Shown: one piece after another, positions 1-9,935 of the stretch
How the letters are laid out: every line of letters begins with the position of its first letter
Numbering within the stretch: position 1 is the first letter of the stretch
Source of the DNA: a virus
Taxonomy: Duplodnaviria; Caudoviricetes
IMG/VR virus record: IMGVR_UViG_3300034093_002880
Coordinates: 1-56,975 of that record
DNA: 56,975 nt
Reading direction: 5' to 3' (one strand)
Notes under the pieces: model-generated
Seen by the model: the letters and a program-made list of their open reading frames with translations, nothing else
Databases searched by the model: none
What the model was told of the DNA's origin: nothing
Position numbers and translations under genes: made by a program

Positions 1-175
1 CCATTTGTTCCACTCGTACCAGATGTTCCGCTGGTTCCAGACGTTCCACTTGTTCCGTCAGTGCCCGAGGTTCCGTTGGTACCGCTCGTTCCATCTGTTC
101 CCGACGTGCCGTTCGTACCAGATGTTCCGCTGGTTCCAGACGTTCCGGAAGTTCCACTAGTACCGGAACTTGCCG
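1..175 (-). repeat. Degenerate 9-bp coding tandem repeat (Gly-Thr-Ser/Asn/Asp)
   Basis: GTTCC/GTACC/GTGCC periodicity every 9 nt. Confidence 0.9.
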
Positions 176-395
176 TTGCCGGAAAATTCAAAGCGTATGA
201 TGCGGTCAATGCATATGATGAAGTTTCCGCATAACTTGCTGTTCCATACAAAGAAGCAGTAATACTCCCGGACAATACTCCCTCATATTTTATACCATCC
301 CACGCACGAATCTCGCTGTTATATATAGGAATATAACCCTCTTTGTGAGAATTTATACTTACCTCGACTGGTACTCTGCCTATTAACTTAGCCAT
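1..395 (-). CDS. Tail fibre-like protein with TASYA repeats and collagen-like (G-T-S/N/D)n tract; 5' part only, runs off the window
   Basis: Hand translation from ATG at 395: [12 protein letters not shown]...[52 protein letters not shown], with no stop before base 1; absent from the ORF track. Confidence 0.8.
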   Translation of the reverse strand, partial: MAKLIGRVPVEVSINSHKEGYIPIYNSEIRAWDGIKYEGVLSGSITASLYGTASYAETSSYALTASYALNFPATASSGTSGTSGTSGTSGTSGTNGTSGTDGTSGTNGTSGTDGTSGTSGTSGTSGTSGTN

Positions 396-398
396 CGG

Positions 399-746
399 TT
401 AGGTGTTTGCATTTTCTAGTACAGATAATACAACTTCCAATGAGCCGGATTCATATGTGCTCATAATTAGTGCGTCATATTTTTCAAGCACTATCTTTCC
501 AGCAAAAGGATTTAACGATTCTTCGGGTGGTATTGCAGCATTTTTCAACAATGTTATTGGAAAACTTGATCCACTTTTTTCTATATATACACTAACTCTC
601 TGTAAACTGCTAGTTACGTTAGTCACCTGAGAAGAAAGAATAATCGTAGACACGTCCAAATTTTCTCTGTATATGAGATTACTTCCACTATCCAAGGCGG
701 TGGCAAACAGTCTGAATTTATTTAGTGGTAATTGTGCAGTTGGCAT
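399..746 (-). CDS. Small probable virion or fibre-associated protein
   Basis: 115-aa beta-rich ORF tightly packed between two fibre genes. Confidence 0.6.
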   Translation of the reverse strand: MPTAQLPLNKFRLFATALDSGSNLIYRENLDVSTIILSSQVTNVTSSLQRVSVYIEKSGSSFPITLLKNAAIPPEESLNPFAGKIVLEKYDALIMSTYESGSLEVVLSVLENANT

Positions 747-757
747 ACTAATATATA

Positions 758-3700
758 TTAATCCCCGAGAGCTAAATTTAAAGGAACTACTCTTGCGGCA
801 ATAGATTTATTAAATGTTCTTCCTTCAATTGTTCCCGTGTCTTGTCTAATTACAAAATCTGTCCCTGCGAAGAAGTCTCCTGACTCATCCCCGGACGTAT
901 GAAACACTCTTCCGCCACCTTCTTCGAATATTCTTATATCTACGTTTGTTACTCCCAACCCGCCTTGATTCACAGGCAATGCTAGGAAATTAACGCCCGC
1001 GCCAGCGTAAGAAAAATCATGTGACGTTGAAGTGACCAAAGAACCAAATTCTTGTAATAAATCTATTCCAAGATTATCTACTACGATTCTTTGTAATGTA
1101 TCTATCGTAGTATCAAGTATTTGTGAAATTTTATTCTTTGCGGCGAGCGTCATTAATGTAAATTTACTGTCTGGGTCATCTATAATATATTCTTTAATAT
1201 ATCCGTGAGATAATATAAAGTCATTTGCCAAAGAGCCGCTAGAATTTGATATAAGAGGAAACACAGTTATTGCTCCTTGTGTAAAATCAGACCCAATTGG
1301 GGGTGGAAGAGTATATATACTCCCCGGAGAAATGTCTTGTCCTTTAAACAATCCTTGTAAAAATTGAGAAGTTCTTGCGGCTTTCGGAACCAATAAATCT
1401 GATGCGATTGCATCAATCAATAGACCCGAATCGGTTATTGTTGAAAGATATATGGAAGACGTTGGGTTGTTATAATATTGATTGTAGCTACCGGACGATT
1501 GTAATTTTGCCACCATGTAGTTTCTTATGCTTGTCTTTTCACTGGAAATTGACAATGATGCTAACGTATCTATTGATTGACTTATGACGGTTATATTTGG
1601 CACCACCAGCACTCTCTTTCCTTCTGCTCGGAGACCATAATCGCCGAACGTCGTGTTGGAATTTAGCAAGGACGCGTGACCACCGTCTATACAAAATACA
1701 CCAACTCTTGAAAAGTTTGTAAAGAATGAAACCAATTGCCCATATCCTCTTCCTCTTATACAAATACCTATGCCGTTGAATGCTACCTGAGTGTACGCAT
1801 CAACAATCATAGATTTCAACGGGCTATATCCATTAAGTACCGAGTCATCAATAATCAATCCTCCGGGGCCATTTCCCACTAATGGATTTGGCGGAGATGC
1901 GTCTGGGTCTAATGGAGTATAAAATTTATCCGGGGGCGCGTTAATACATGTACAGTTTTGTATGTACGGTGAAGTTGCTATAAACGCATTTGGTGCAAAC
2001 GCAAAAAAGAAACCTTTTCTTGGATTATCTAAATCGTCTATCTCACAACCCTCAAGTCTCAATCCCCAAACATATGTGGAATTGTTCATGAGAAATAAAT
2101 TCTCACCTTTTGTTGCGGTAGACGGGCGGACGACCACTGTTCTTAAATCGTCTCCAATTATAGAAGTATTGGATGCGACTATTATAGGAGCTTCTTCTGT
2201 ATAATATCCGGTTTTAACATGTACACTAACTCTATATGGTGGAAGTCCCGGATTTGAGTTAATCAATAATGTCGATGCAGAAACCGCCGCCTTTATTGTT
2301 CTAAATGATGTGGTCAAGGTTTTTCCATCATTTGAATCCAAACCATCCTCGGAAACATAAAATACTTTAGTGATTTCACCACTGCTCACGTTTAATAGCC
2401 CACTACCGTCACCGACAAATTGTCCGGTGAATGACCCGGTGAATGACCCGGTGCTATTTGTGCCGGAAGTTCCACTAGTCCCAGAAGTTCCACTCGTCCC
2501 AGAAGTTCCACTTGTACCACTCGAACCAGATGTTCCATTTGTGCCGGATGTTCCACTCGTCCCAGAAGTTCCACTTGTACCACTCGAACCAGATGTTCCA
2601 TTTGTGCCGGATGTTCCACTCGTCCCGGAAGTGCCACTTGTTCCACGAGCCCCGGATGTTCCACTCGTCCCAGAAGTTCCACTTGTTCCACTCGACCCGG
2701 AAGTTCCGTTGTTGCCACTCGTTCCAGAAGTACCGGACGTTCCGGGAGTTCCCCCCGACGGGTTAGTATCTACATTATTTATTATTCCAACTGGATCTAT
2801 AAAGAACCGCTTAACCAATGGAATAAATGATTGGTTTTGGTTAAAAGTGTATGCGCCATTTCCGTAGCACACTTTTCCGGATGAGTCATAAATTTCCGCC
2901 TCAACCTCGTATAGTTCATTTGTTATAAATGAAGAAAATGGAACTTTTACCGAAAATGAGTCGATTGAATAATCTACTTCTTGGTGCGGTTTCAACGATA
3001 TGGAAGAGATAAACCAATCTCCGGAAACTGGTACAATTATTATAGTGCCATATGAATCAATTGGAGAGAAAAATGTATTTGTGTATTTTTCATTTGCGCC
3101 AAGTTTAAACGTACCGTCTATTTTTCCAATTAGCTTTTTGTCGCCTCCGCTGATAAAATATACATATATTTCGGAATTTATTGTATTAGTAGATTCCGGA
3201 TGCACCAACAAAGAAAACTGATACAGCGTCGATTTTCTAAGTTTAATTGGATTGCTGTCGTGAATTGGACCATTCACCAAATTTTCTTGGGATGATGTAT
3301 ATCTGGAAAGAATTGGTATATTAGAAATTCCGTTATATGAAGATGACGGCAAAGCGCCAGCATTTGAGAATGCATCAGATTTTGCATACCAATGGGAAGA
3401 GTCTACTAAATTATAATTTATATACTCCGAGGTGCGATTTTGACTGGTATCATCTTTAAAAATTATGTACTCAGATTTATTTGAATTTCCATCGTGTCCT
3501 ATTGAAATACCGTCAATAAAACTACTATTGTCTTGAACGAATCTGCATGCGCCCGTGGGTAACCAAAATCTATCTACGTGGGTCTGATTATAAAATTTGC
3601 CCGGATTATTATACAATCCATTGTTAAAATTTGTGGAAACTATATGCTCATCCGCCTCAATCTTTGCGTCAATCAATACGGTTTTTGATTCTGGAGAATT

Positions 3701-4870
3701 TAAACTTCTGCCGTACACTTTGTATGTAGAAATATCTCCGCACAATGTTCTAAGTTGGTTGAACTCAAGTCCTAATATTGATTTTTTGTAGAAATTACTT
3801 CCGGAAACCACCGCAAGTGGAAGCTTTACTGGTATATCTTTATATAATATTTCATATTCGGCGTTAGATATACTCAGAACGTAAAAATTCTTTTTGTGAA
3901 AGTTGGTCTGCTTATCAGAATCGTCACGAGTTCCGTATCCTTTTATATCTACCAAATTATTTTTTGAATAAAATGAATCTGAGTTGATTCTTCCAATCAA
4001 ATCTGATACGGTGGAAAAAGGAATGTCGAGCAATATTGTATTTTCAGATACAACCCGCTCTATCTTTGCAATAAAATCGGTGGCAAGTACACCTTCGAAT
4101 GTAATTTGATTATTTGATTGATTCGCGTATGTGAACTTTTTTACATACGGATTTTTTATTCTAACTTCTTCTCCTTCCATAGCAGAAGAGAATTTATCCC
4201 CCGATGTATAATATAATTGATATATTGGCTTCTTTGTTTGATAATCAAAATTTCCATTTTGGTTATTTTTTGGAGAGACCGCAATTGCCGAGCAAGACCC
4301 GGATGCTAATCTATAAGAACCGGTCGGGAATTGTGGAGAATTATATATCTCGACAGCAGCATCCATTCTAGGAAACTCGAAGAACCTTACTTCCGAGTCT
4401 GTCTTGGACAAAGAATCGATCAGTATATTTCTGGACCAAGTGACAATAACCTCCGGAAATGCAACAGATTTTGGAGCATTAACTAATGGAAGTTTTTGAG
4501 TGGAACTTACAGGATAAGCTTTTCCATTGAAAAACGCAATACTGCCCGTGTAATTTTGAGTATTTAAACCATACCCCTTAATCTGCAATTTTCCGATACC
4601 AACTTCGGTGTCTTCTGGTATATTTACTATATAAACTTCTCTTAACTCCCGCGATTCTATTCCTCTTGAACCCGGCTTCTCGACCCCAGAAACAGAAAAT
4701 AATTTTCCATTCGAATCATAAAAAGAAACGTCAATATCTTTCCCGACAACCACTAGGTCGGTAGAATTTACTATAAACGAATTTTTACCCGACTTAAACG
4801 TGTTATCATTTAAGCCGGTTAAAAAGAAGTAATTGTTTGAATTTGGGTCTGTGTCGAATATTTGTTCCAT
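758..4870 (-). CDS. Large tail fibre or baseplate-associated protein with a central (GTS)n tract and a C-terminal beta-helix (pectin lyase-like) domain
   Basis: 1370 aa; ~100-aa Gly-every-third tract; FYVSEDGLDSNDGKTLTTSFRTIKAA followed by VHVKTGYYTE is a typical beta-helix N-cap. Confidence 0.75.
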   Translation of the reverse strand: MEQIFDTDPNSNNYFFLTGLNDNTFKSGKNSFIVNSTDLVVVGKDIDVSFYDSNGKLFSVSGVEKPGSRGIESRELREVYIVNIPEDTEVGIGKLQIKGYGLNTQNYTGSIAFFNGKAYPVSSTQKLPLVNAPKSVAFPEVIVTWSRNILIDSLSKTDSEVRFFEFPRMDAAVEIYNSPQFPTGSYRLASGSCSAIAVSPKNNQNGNFDYQTKKPIYQLYYTSGDKFSSAMEGEEVRIKNPYVKKFTYANQSNNQITFEGVLATDFIAKIERVVSENTILLDIPFSTVSDLIGRINSDSFYSKNNLVDIKGYGTRDDSDKQTNFHKKNFYVLSISNAEYEILYKDIPVKLPLAVVSGSNFYKKSILGLEFNQLRTLCGDISTYKVYGRSLNSPESKTVLIDAKIEADEHIVSTNFNNGLYNNPGKFYNQTHVDRFWLPTGACRFVQDNSSFIDGISIGHDGNSNKSEYIIFKDDTSQNRTSEYINYNLVDSSHWYAKSDAFSNAGALPSSSYNGISNIPILSRYTSSQENLVNGPIHDSNPIKLRKSTLYQFSLLVHPESTNTINSEIYVYFISGGDKKLIGKIDGTFKLGANEKYTNTFFSPIDSYGTIIIVPVSGDWFISSISLKPHQEVDYSIDSFSVKVPFSSFITNELYEVEAEIYDSSGKVCYGNGAYTFNQNQSFIPLVKRFFIDPVGIINNVDTNPSGGTPGTSGTSGTSGNNGTSGSSGTSGTSGTSGTSGARGTSGTSGTSGTSGTNGTSGSSGTSGTSGTSGTSGTNGTSGSSGTSGTSGTSGTSGTSGTSGTNSTGSFTGSFTGQFVGDGSGLLNVSSGEITKVFYVSEDGLDSNDGKTLTTSFRTIKAAVSASTLLINSNPGLPPYRVSVHVKTGYYTEEAPIIVASNTSIIGDDLRTVVVRPSTATKGENLFLMNNSTYVWGLRLEGCEIDDLDNPRKGFFFAFAPNAFIATSPYIQNCTCINAPPDKFYTPLDPDASPPNPLVGNGPGGLIIDDSVLNGYSPLKSMIVDAYTQVAFNGIGICIRGRGYGQLVSFFTNFSRVGVFCIDGGHASLLNSNTTFGDYGLRAEGKRVLVVPNITVISQSIDTLASLSISSEKTSIRNYMVAKLQSSGSYNQYYNNPTSSIYLSTITDSGLLIDAIASDLLVPKAARTSQFLQGLFKGQDISPGSIYTLPPPIGSDFTQGAITVFPLISNSSGSLANDFILSHGYIKEYIIDDPDSKFTLMTLAAKNKISQILDTTIDTLQRIVVDNLGIDLLQEFGSLVTSTSHDFSYAGAGVNFLALPVNQGGLGVTNVDIRIFEEGGGRVFHTSGDESGDFFAGTDFVIRQDTGTIEGRTFNKSIAARVVPLNLALGD
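2424..2756 (-). repeat. Coding tandem repeats: (GTS)n including an exact 63-bp duplication (2487-2549 / 2550-2612), plus 12-bp GSFT repeats
   Basis: Direct alignment of the two 63-mers; ccggtgaatgac repeated at 2424-2452. Confidence 0.9.
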
Positions 4871-4901
4871 AGGTATATACGCCTATGGTTATAAATATTA
4901 A

Positions 4902-7900
4902 TTAACCCGTATTATCGACCTTACTCAGACCATTTTCTTTCTTTATTTCTAGGTGCTTATCCACCATGTCGCGCATGGCATCAACATGACTTATTACAAT
5001 GGTAAAATCGAAGATAGACTTCAAATAATCGAATACGGATTGAATCATCGGCATATTTGCCGCATCCAATGCAGAAAACCCCTCGTCCACAAAGAGAAAA
5101 TTGGGACGCGGTAGGTTGCTGATATTTATTAGAGCGACTCTGAGAGCGAGCGTTGCAATAAATGATTCCATGCCAGACGCCAATTCCAACGGCCATTTTT
5201 CGTCTTCATATTTTATATATACGTTAACGTTCTTGCCATCGGTCTCGATTGAGACAGAAAACTCAACAATTTGAGACAGAATATTATTCACTTCCTGTTC
5301 AATCGTCGGGACCGCGTCCGATATAATTTTATACGGAACTCCGTCCTTCCCGACCGCAGTCAAATAATATTGATACGTTGCGTATCTGGTCTCAGCTTTT
5401 TCCGATTCTTCTAAGCGAGACTCAATATTTTTAGTCTGGTCAATCGCAGAAACTCTCCGACCGTGGGCATCGACGTGTTCATCCGAGATGGTCTTTAAGC
5501 TCATCTTTAACGTGGACGATTGGGTTAACAGGTCTCGTACGGTAGATTCTACCAACTTATTTGCCTCTATTGTCTCTTTAGATTTCTCGAACAGTTGTAT
5601 CTGTCTGTCTATCTCCGTTACCCTAGATATATTTTTATCTATTAGATTTGTTAGATTGGATACTTCAAGCTCTTTCTTAGATATAAATGCAGATAAGACG
5701 TTTGCAGAATCTCTTACTCCCGCGCTTTCTTGATACTGCGCGGCAAGCGGTGCCAGTTCGGAAATCTCCTTGTTGAGTGAATTCAAAGCGGTCATTAATA
5801 CAATTCCCTCGGCTTTATCCGGCCCGAGGCTTTCTCTTGTCGCTATAGCATCTTTCACAAAGATATTATCGCAACAGAATGTGCATTTTGGGTCGTATTT
5901 GTGATTGGCCAAATGTTCCAACTTCTTCATTTTTTCTTTGACCGTAGATTTTATCTTTTCAAACTCATTCTCGGTGCGCTGAAGATTTCTCGTCAACGAC
6001 TCGTGTTTTTCGTATTTGTCTTTTAATCCAAGTTTTGAATATGCCTCAACGCGAGAGGCCAACAAAGAATATTCTTCTTTTTTCGCCACAAGCTGTTCAT
6101 TTATTTTTACGATAGACTCCGACGCCGATTTGGTGTTGGATTCTAGTGCCAATTTTTCTCGTTGTATGTTTTCCACTGAAGCGGGGACGCCCACCAGCTT
6201 AACTATCGTGGAGCGGACCAATTCAATTTCGTCATCTATTCTCTGCTTTTTGAATGTCAATATACCCGCCCGAGAATCTAAATCGGCAAGTTTAGCCTCC
6301 AGCAATACGATGTCCGCCTTGAGAGAGGTCAATTTGGCCTCGTGTATCTCGTGGTTAAATCCTTTTATTATACCCGAGAGTTCTTTCGTGTTGTTTGACG
6401 CTTTTTCTGAAAGTTTATCAAACACATTGAGACCAATAAACTGCGCTAGAAGTTCTTTGCGGTCGCTCTGTCCCATGTTTATAAAAGAACCCTGCCCTTT
6501 CTGTGTAGACAATGCGGTCAATATAAAATCCTCGTAGCTTCCAAGATGGTCGCGGATAACTTCATTCGTGCTGCGGCGAGCCTCGGAGTTAAGAGGAACT
6601 TTCACATCATTTTCTAGCTTGTAAAAGTTTACGTCCACTTTCACGCTTCCTTTTTTATCTCGCGTGCCTTTGCGTTCTATCACGTGAGATACGCCATTTA
6701 TCTCGAATGTGAACTTACCAAAGAACGTGTTCTTTTTGATGTTCATGACATGATTGGCCTTAAACGCTCTGGAAGATTTATCGAATATAATAAAAGACAG
6801 CGCGTCCATCAACGAAGATTTACCACTGGCGTTTGCCGCGAAAATACCATATACCCCGTCTAACTTGGTAAAATCTATAATATTATCTTCTCCATAGCTA
6901 AACAAATTGGAAAATTCAAATTTAATCGGTTTCCATTTAACATTTTTTGATTGGTCGTCTGCGGGCAAATCGACGTTTAACTCGGTGTTAATTTTACATA
7001 CGTCTTTTAAAGTTTCCTCGTCCATTGCGTCCGGATATTTGAGCTTCAAATAGTCGGATATTAACTTGTTTTGGTAGTCTACGCCGGATATCTGGGCCAA
7101 GTTTGTCTTGGTCTGTATGCTCGCCGCTCGAACCGATGCAATTTCTTCTACCCGAGTGAAAACTAAATCGGATATTTCGTGAGTGACCCGAATCTCAGCC
7201 ACGATTCTCTTTAGTTCGGTTGCAATTGTATCCTTCTGCCTCACCCGGAGCTTTGGCTTTTTTGGCAATGTAGATATATCGGTCAACAGTTTACCAGCAT
7301 CCACGTCTATGGTGAAATGACCGTAGTCATTTGGTATTTCAATGTGCTTATATTCACGTGTAGCGATAGTCCACAGAGAAAATCCATGACCAAGTAAAGC
7401 TTCTCCGTGGTTCTGTTGTATCAACGAACCGGCGTACCGTATAATCGGAGCTTTTTCTTTCGGGTTATATTGCTGTAAATCTTGGGCCAAATGAATATCT
7501 CCTAGCATTGCTATGTCGTGTCCATTAAATATTTCGTTCGAGATAGTCTTATTCGTTATGGAATACCCTATGTCGGTCTTGGCCGCAAACACAGGTCCGT
7601 GGAACAATGCAATCTTTGTGTCGAATTCAAATTGGATTTTTTTCGTTATTTCGCTTATTTTCACGAATGAAAGATGGTCATCAAACACCGACATATTGTT
7701 GAATAATATATTGGCGGCTGAGTAAAGCTTACTCTCTGTTAAATGAAATAAATTCGGGTGTCCAAGATTATCTACTATGGGAGAAATGCTGTCGAGGCGG
7801 GACGCGTTCGTCAGAAGACAGTCGTGGTTTCCGGCTATGACTATAGTCGGACGCAAGTCTGCTAGATTCTTGAAAAATTCGCTGGCGAGTTGAACACACT

Positions 7901-8111
7901 CCGGGGATAAATCTACCTTCGAGTGGACTGTGTCTCCGGTATTAACGATGAGTGTATTGGTCGGAGTTTTTTTTATTTCTTCGTATACCTTAGAAAATAC
8001 CTCTCTGTATTCTTCATGCCGCTTAGTTAACCTAATGTGAATATCTGATATGTGGACGATATGGTCCACTTTGGATAAGGATATATTTAGTTTCTCGTGT
8101 GTGTCTATCAT
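4902..8111 (-). CDS. Fused Mre11/SbcD nuclease + Rad50/SbcC ATPase (T4 gp47-gp46-like recombination endonuclease)
   Basis: Metallophosphoesterase motifs DIH, GD, GNHD, FHG, GDIH; Walker A NASGKSS; coiled coil with CTFC zinc hook; signature SGME; Walker B FVDEGF; H-loop ISH. Confidence 0.93.
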   Translation of the reverse strand: MIDTHEKLNISLSKVDHIVHISDIHIRLTKRHEEYREVFSKVYEEIKKTPTNTLIVNTGDTVHSKVDLSPECVQLASEFFKNLADLRPTIVIAGNHDCLLTNASRLDSISPIVDNLGHPNLFHLTESKLYSAANILFNNMSVFDDHLSFVKISEITKKIQFEFDTKIALFHGPVFAAKTDIGYSITNKTISNEIFNGHDIAMLGDIHLAQDLQQYNPKEKAPIIRYAGSLIQQNHGEALLGHGFSLWTIATREYKHIEIPNDYGHFTIDVDAGKLLTDISTLPKKPKLRVRQKDTIATELKRIVAEIRVTHEISDLVFTRVEEIASVRAASIQTKTNLAQISGVDYQNKLISDYLKLKYPDAMDEETLKDVCKINTELNVDLPADDQSKNVKWKPIKFEFSNLFSYGEDNIIDFTKLDGVYGIFAANASGKSSLMDALSFIIFDKSSRAFKANHVMNIKKNTFFGKFTFEINGVSHVIERKGTRDKKGSVKVDVNFYKLENDVKVPLNSEARRSTNEVIRDHLGSYEDFILTALSTQKGQGSFINMGQSDRKELLAQFIGLNVFDKLSEKASNNTKELSGIIKGFNHEIHEAKLTSLKADIVLLEAKLADLDSRAGILTFKKQRIDDEIELVRSTIVKLVGVPASVENIQREKLALESNTKSASESIVKINEQLVAKKEEYSLLASRVEAYSKLGLKDKYEKHESLTRNLQRTENEFEKIKSTVKEKMKKLEHLANHKYDPKCTFCCDNIFVKDAIATRESLGPDKAEGIVLMTALNSLNKEISELAPLAAQYQESAGVRDSANVLSAFISKKELEVSNLTNLIDKNISRVTEIDRQIQLFEKSKETIEANKLVESTVRDLLTQSSTLKMSLKTISDEHVDAHGRRVSAIDQTKNIESRLEESEKAETRYATYQYYLTAVGKDGVPYKIISDAVPTIEQEVNNILSQIVEFSVSIETDGKNVNVYIKYEDEKWPLELASGMESFIATLALRVALINISNLPRPNFLFVDEGFSALDAANMPMIQSVFDYLKSIFDFTIVISHVDAMRDMVDKHLEIKKENGLSKVDNTG

Positions 8112-8112
8112 A

Positions 8113-9087
8113 TTACTCCAATCTTAACATTGTCATGGCCTTAAAGTCAAGAATATCCGTTTTTTTAATTTGTTCCATAGTTTTTTCAAACCCAAGAACA
8201 TTTGGATCTTTTCCGTTCAATCTTACTAATTTCACAACTTTCCCAACTGACGTTAAATATTGAGCTATTCTAATCGCACTGTTGAGTGCATCGTCGTCTA
8301 ATATTATATTAAACTCTGGGCACGCACTCTTGCAGATTTCGAGCTTCAATTTTTTGCTCAGAGATTTGCCATAGAGTGGAATTGCGTTCCGCTTCAACGA
8401 AATGGCGTCCAACGCCCCTTCACACAGAGAAACTGGATAATTGAAGTCTATCATATTCTCATATCCGATTATATTTTTTGAGAATTCGCTATTTTTGTAT
8501 TTATATCCGTCGTCGTGATAACTTCGACATGAATAAAAATTCAGGTTATTGTCCGCGTCATATGAAGGAAACACCAACCGGTTGGCGAATGGTCCGGTCG
8601 GGCAATATCCCACATGATACTTGATTATGTCACATGGAGTTAATTTTCGCTTAATTGCGTAATTCATAGCAATTTTGTGCTCTATACTGCCATCCGTATC
8701 GGCCAGACTTTTAAATTCCGCCGGTAGAGTCAGCACTGGGGAAATAGGGGACGGTAATTTGTACCCATTCGAAATGCTTGCCATTTTATCTAAAAATGTG
8801 TTACCGGTCGTACTTGGGATATATTTATACGACCCAACGATTCTCTCCAATTCCGGCACGAACGCAGAATTTAATCGCTTGAGTAACCAATATAATCCCC
8901 GCCCCTTGGTAGAACACGTCCAACAATTCCACTCGTACGGGGCAACTAAATGAACTTCAAGCTTTCTCTTCCTGTGATGGCAGAATGGACAGTGATATTG
9001 AAGGTTGTTTCCCTTGCGCACTCGCCCGTCTTCTTTCAAGACTTTATTTAATAGGCCCGTGAGTTCTGAGATTTTTAACAATGACAT
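8113..9087 (-). CDS. DNA primase (zinc finger + TOPRIM)
   Basis: CPFC..H..CWTC zinc finger; CEGALD and DDDA TOPRIM motifs; start refined to ATG at 9087, just downstream of a promoter. Confidence 0.9.
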   Translation of the reverse strand: MSLLKISELTGLLNKVLKEDGRVRKGNNLQYHCPFCHHRKRKLEVHLVAPYEWNCWTCSTKGRGLYWLLKRLNSAFVPELERIVGSYKYIPSTTGNTFLDKMASISNGYKLPSPISPVLTLPAEFKSLADTDGSIEHKIAMNYAIKRKLTPCDIIKYHVGYCPTGPFANRLVFPSYDADNNLNFYSCRSYHDDGYKYKNSEFSKNIIGYENMIDFNYPVSLCEGALDAISLKRNAIPLYGKSLSKKLKLEICKSACPEFNIILDDDALNSAIRIAQYLTSVGKVVKLVRLNGKDPNVLGFEKTMEQIKKTDILDFKAMTMLRLE

Positions 9088-9096
9088 TCGGCTGGC

Positions 9097-9124
9097 ACTA
9101 TACAGCCCAAACAAAAAACGTCAA
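9097..9124 (-). promoter_or_regulatory. Sigma70-type promoter for the primase/SbcCD operon
   Basis: TTGACG-N16-TATAGT, 9 nt upstream of the ATG. Confidence 0.7.
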
Positions 9125-9136
9125 GATAGAAAAAGT

Positions 9137-9637
9137 CTATGCCCCGGCAAGTGACAGCACCAATGCGTCGTACACGTCTTCCATACGCTTGTCCGGATTT
9201 TTTATCTTATTATAAATAGTCCACGGCGTCATGTCATACAAATTATCAATCGCCCCCTTAACATAAATCTTCGGTTTTATTCCCTTGATTCTTGCCGCAC
9301 CCAATGCCTTTTTTCTTGCGGTTTGGGCGTGGATTGATTCTACCTTTATATTATAGTGATTTTCTAAAATATATCCTATGACCGCTTTGTTTTTTACTAA
9401 CTTTATGATGACTTGTTGGGAAGTTCCACCACCGGCAAAACCAAACAAACTTTCTTCGATTATAATCTTCTCGAACGAATTGCCCACGAGCGCGGCAATA
9501 ATAAGGTCGGCCTTTTCTTTATATCCAACAACGTCGGAGATATCAACAAACCCAGCAAACAGAATTTTCTTATCTTCCGTCACAGCATATCCACATACAG
9601 TGGTGCTCAAGTCTAGACCAAGTACTTTCATAACCAT
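9137..9637 (-). CDS. RuvC-like Holliday junction resolvase
   Basis: VLGLDLS...IIEES...EDVYDAL acidic catalytic pattern of the RuvC fold. Confidence 0.8.
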   Translation of the reverse strand: MVMKVLGLDLSTTVCGYAVTEDKKILFAGFVDISDVVGYKEKADLIIAALVGNSFEKIIIEESLFGFAGGGTSQQVIIKLVKNKAVIGYILENHYNIKVESIHAQTARKKALGAARIKGIKPKIYVKGAIDNLYDMTPWTIYNKIKNPDKRMEDVYDALVLSLAGA

Positions 9638-9647
9638 TTAACAACTA

Positions 9648-9899
9648 TTACAATCTTCCGGCTGGCGCGTATTTAACAGTAGGAATCGCATCGCGTCCGC
9701 CCAAATCTTTATTCCAGTGAAATAATGCGTTAGATTTGTCGTCATTAGCTATCCCGGAAGGGCCGAGTTGAGGCTGGAAATCCAAATCTTTTTCGGACAC
9801 TAAGTGAGTGGATTCAAACTTTGTAGCGCCTGCATTTTTTGCATCGCCTTTACCTGAATTTATGGATGGTGTGGCGTTGTATCTTTGTTCGAGTGTCAT
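9648..9899 (-). CDS. Hypothetical protein
   Basis: 83-aa ORF preceded by the TATTTATA motif and AGGAGA. Confidence 0.65.
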   Translation of the reverse strand: MTLEQRYNATPSINSGKGDAKNAGATKFESTHLVSEKDLDFQPQLGPSGIANDDKSNALFHWNKDLGGRDAIPTVKYAPAGRL

Positions 9900-9935
9900 A
9901 TATATGTTCTCCTGTTGTTTATTATAAATATAATG

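Noticed and set aside
2457-2756. Possible CRISPR array
   Set aside because: 9-nt periodic in-frame coding repeat with no unique spacers
2370-2867. Plus-strand Val/Pro-rich ORF and other alternative frames over the GTS tract
   Set aside because: Stop-free shadows of the coding repeat on the minus strand
9271-9278. Late-motif copy inside the RuvC-like gene (and another at 53213-53220)
   Set aside because: No start codon at the usual distance; compatible with chance in AT-rich DNA
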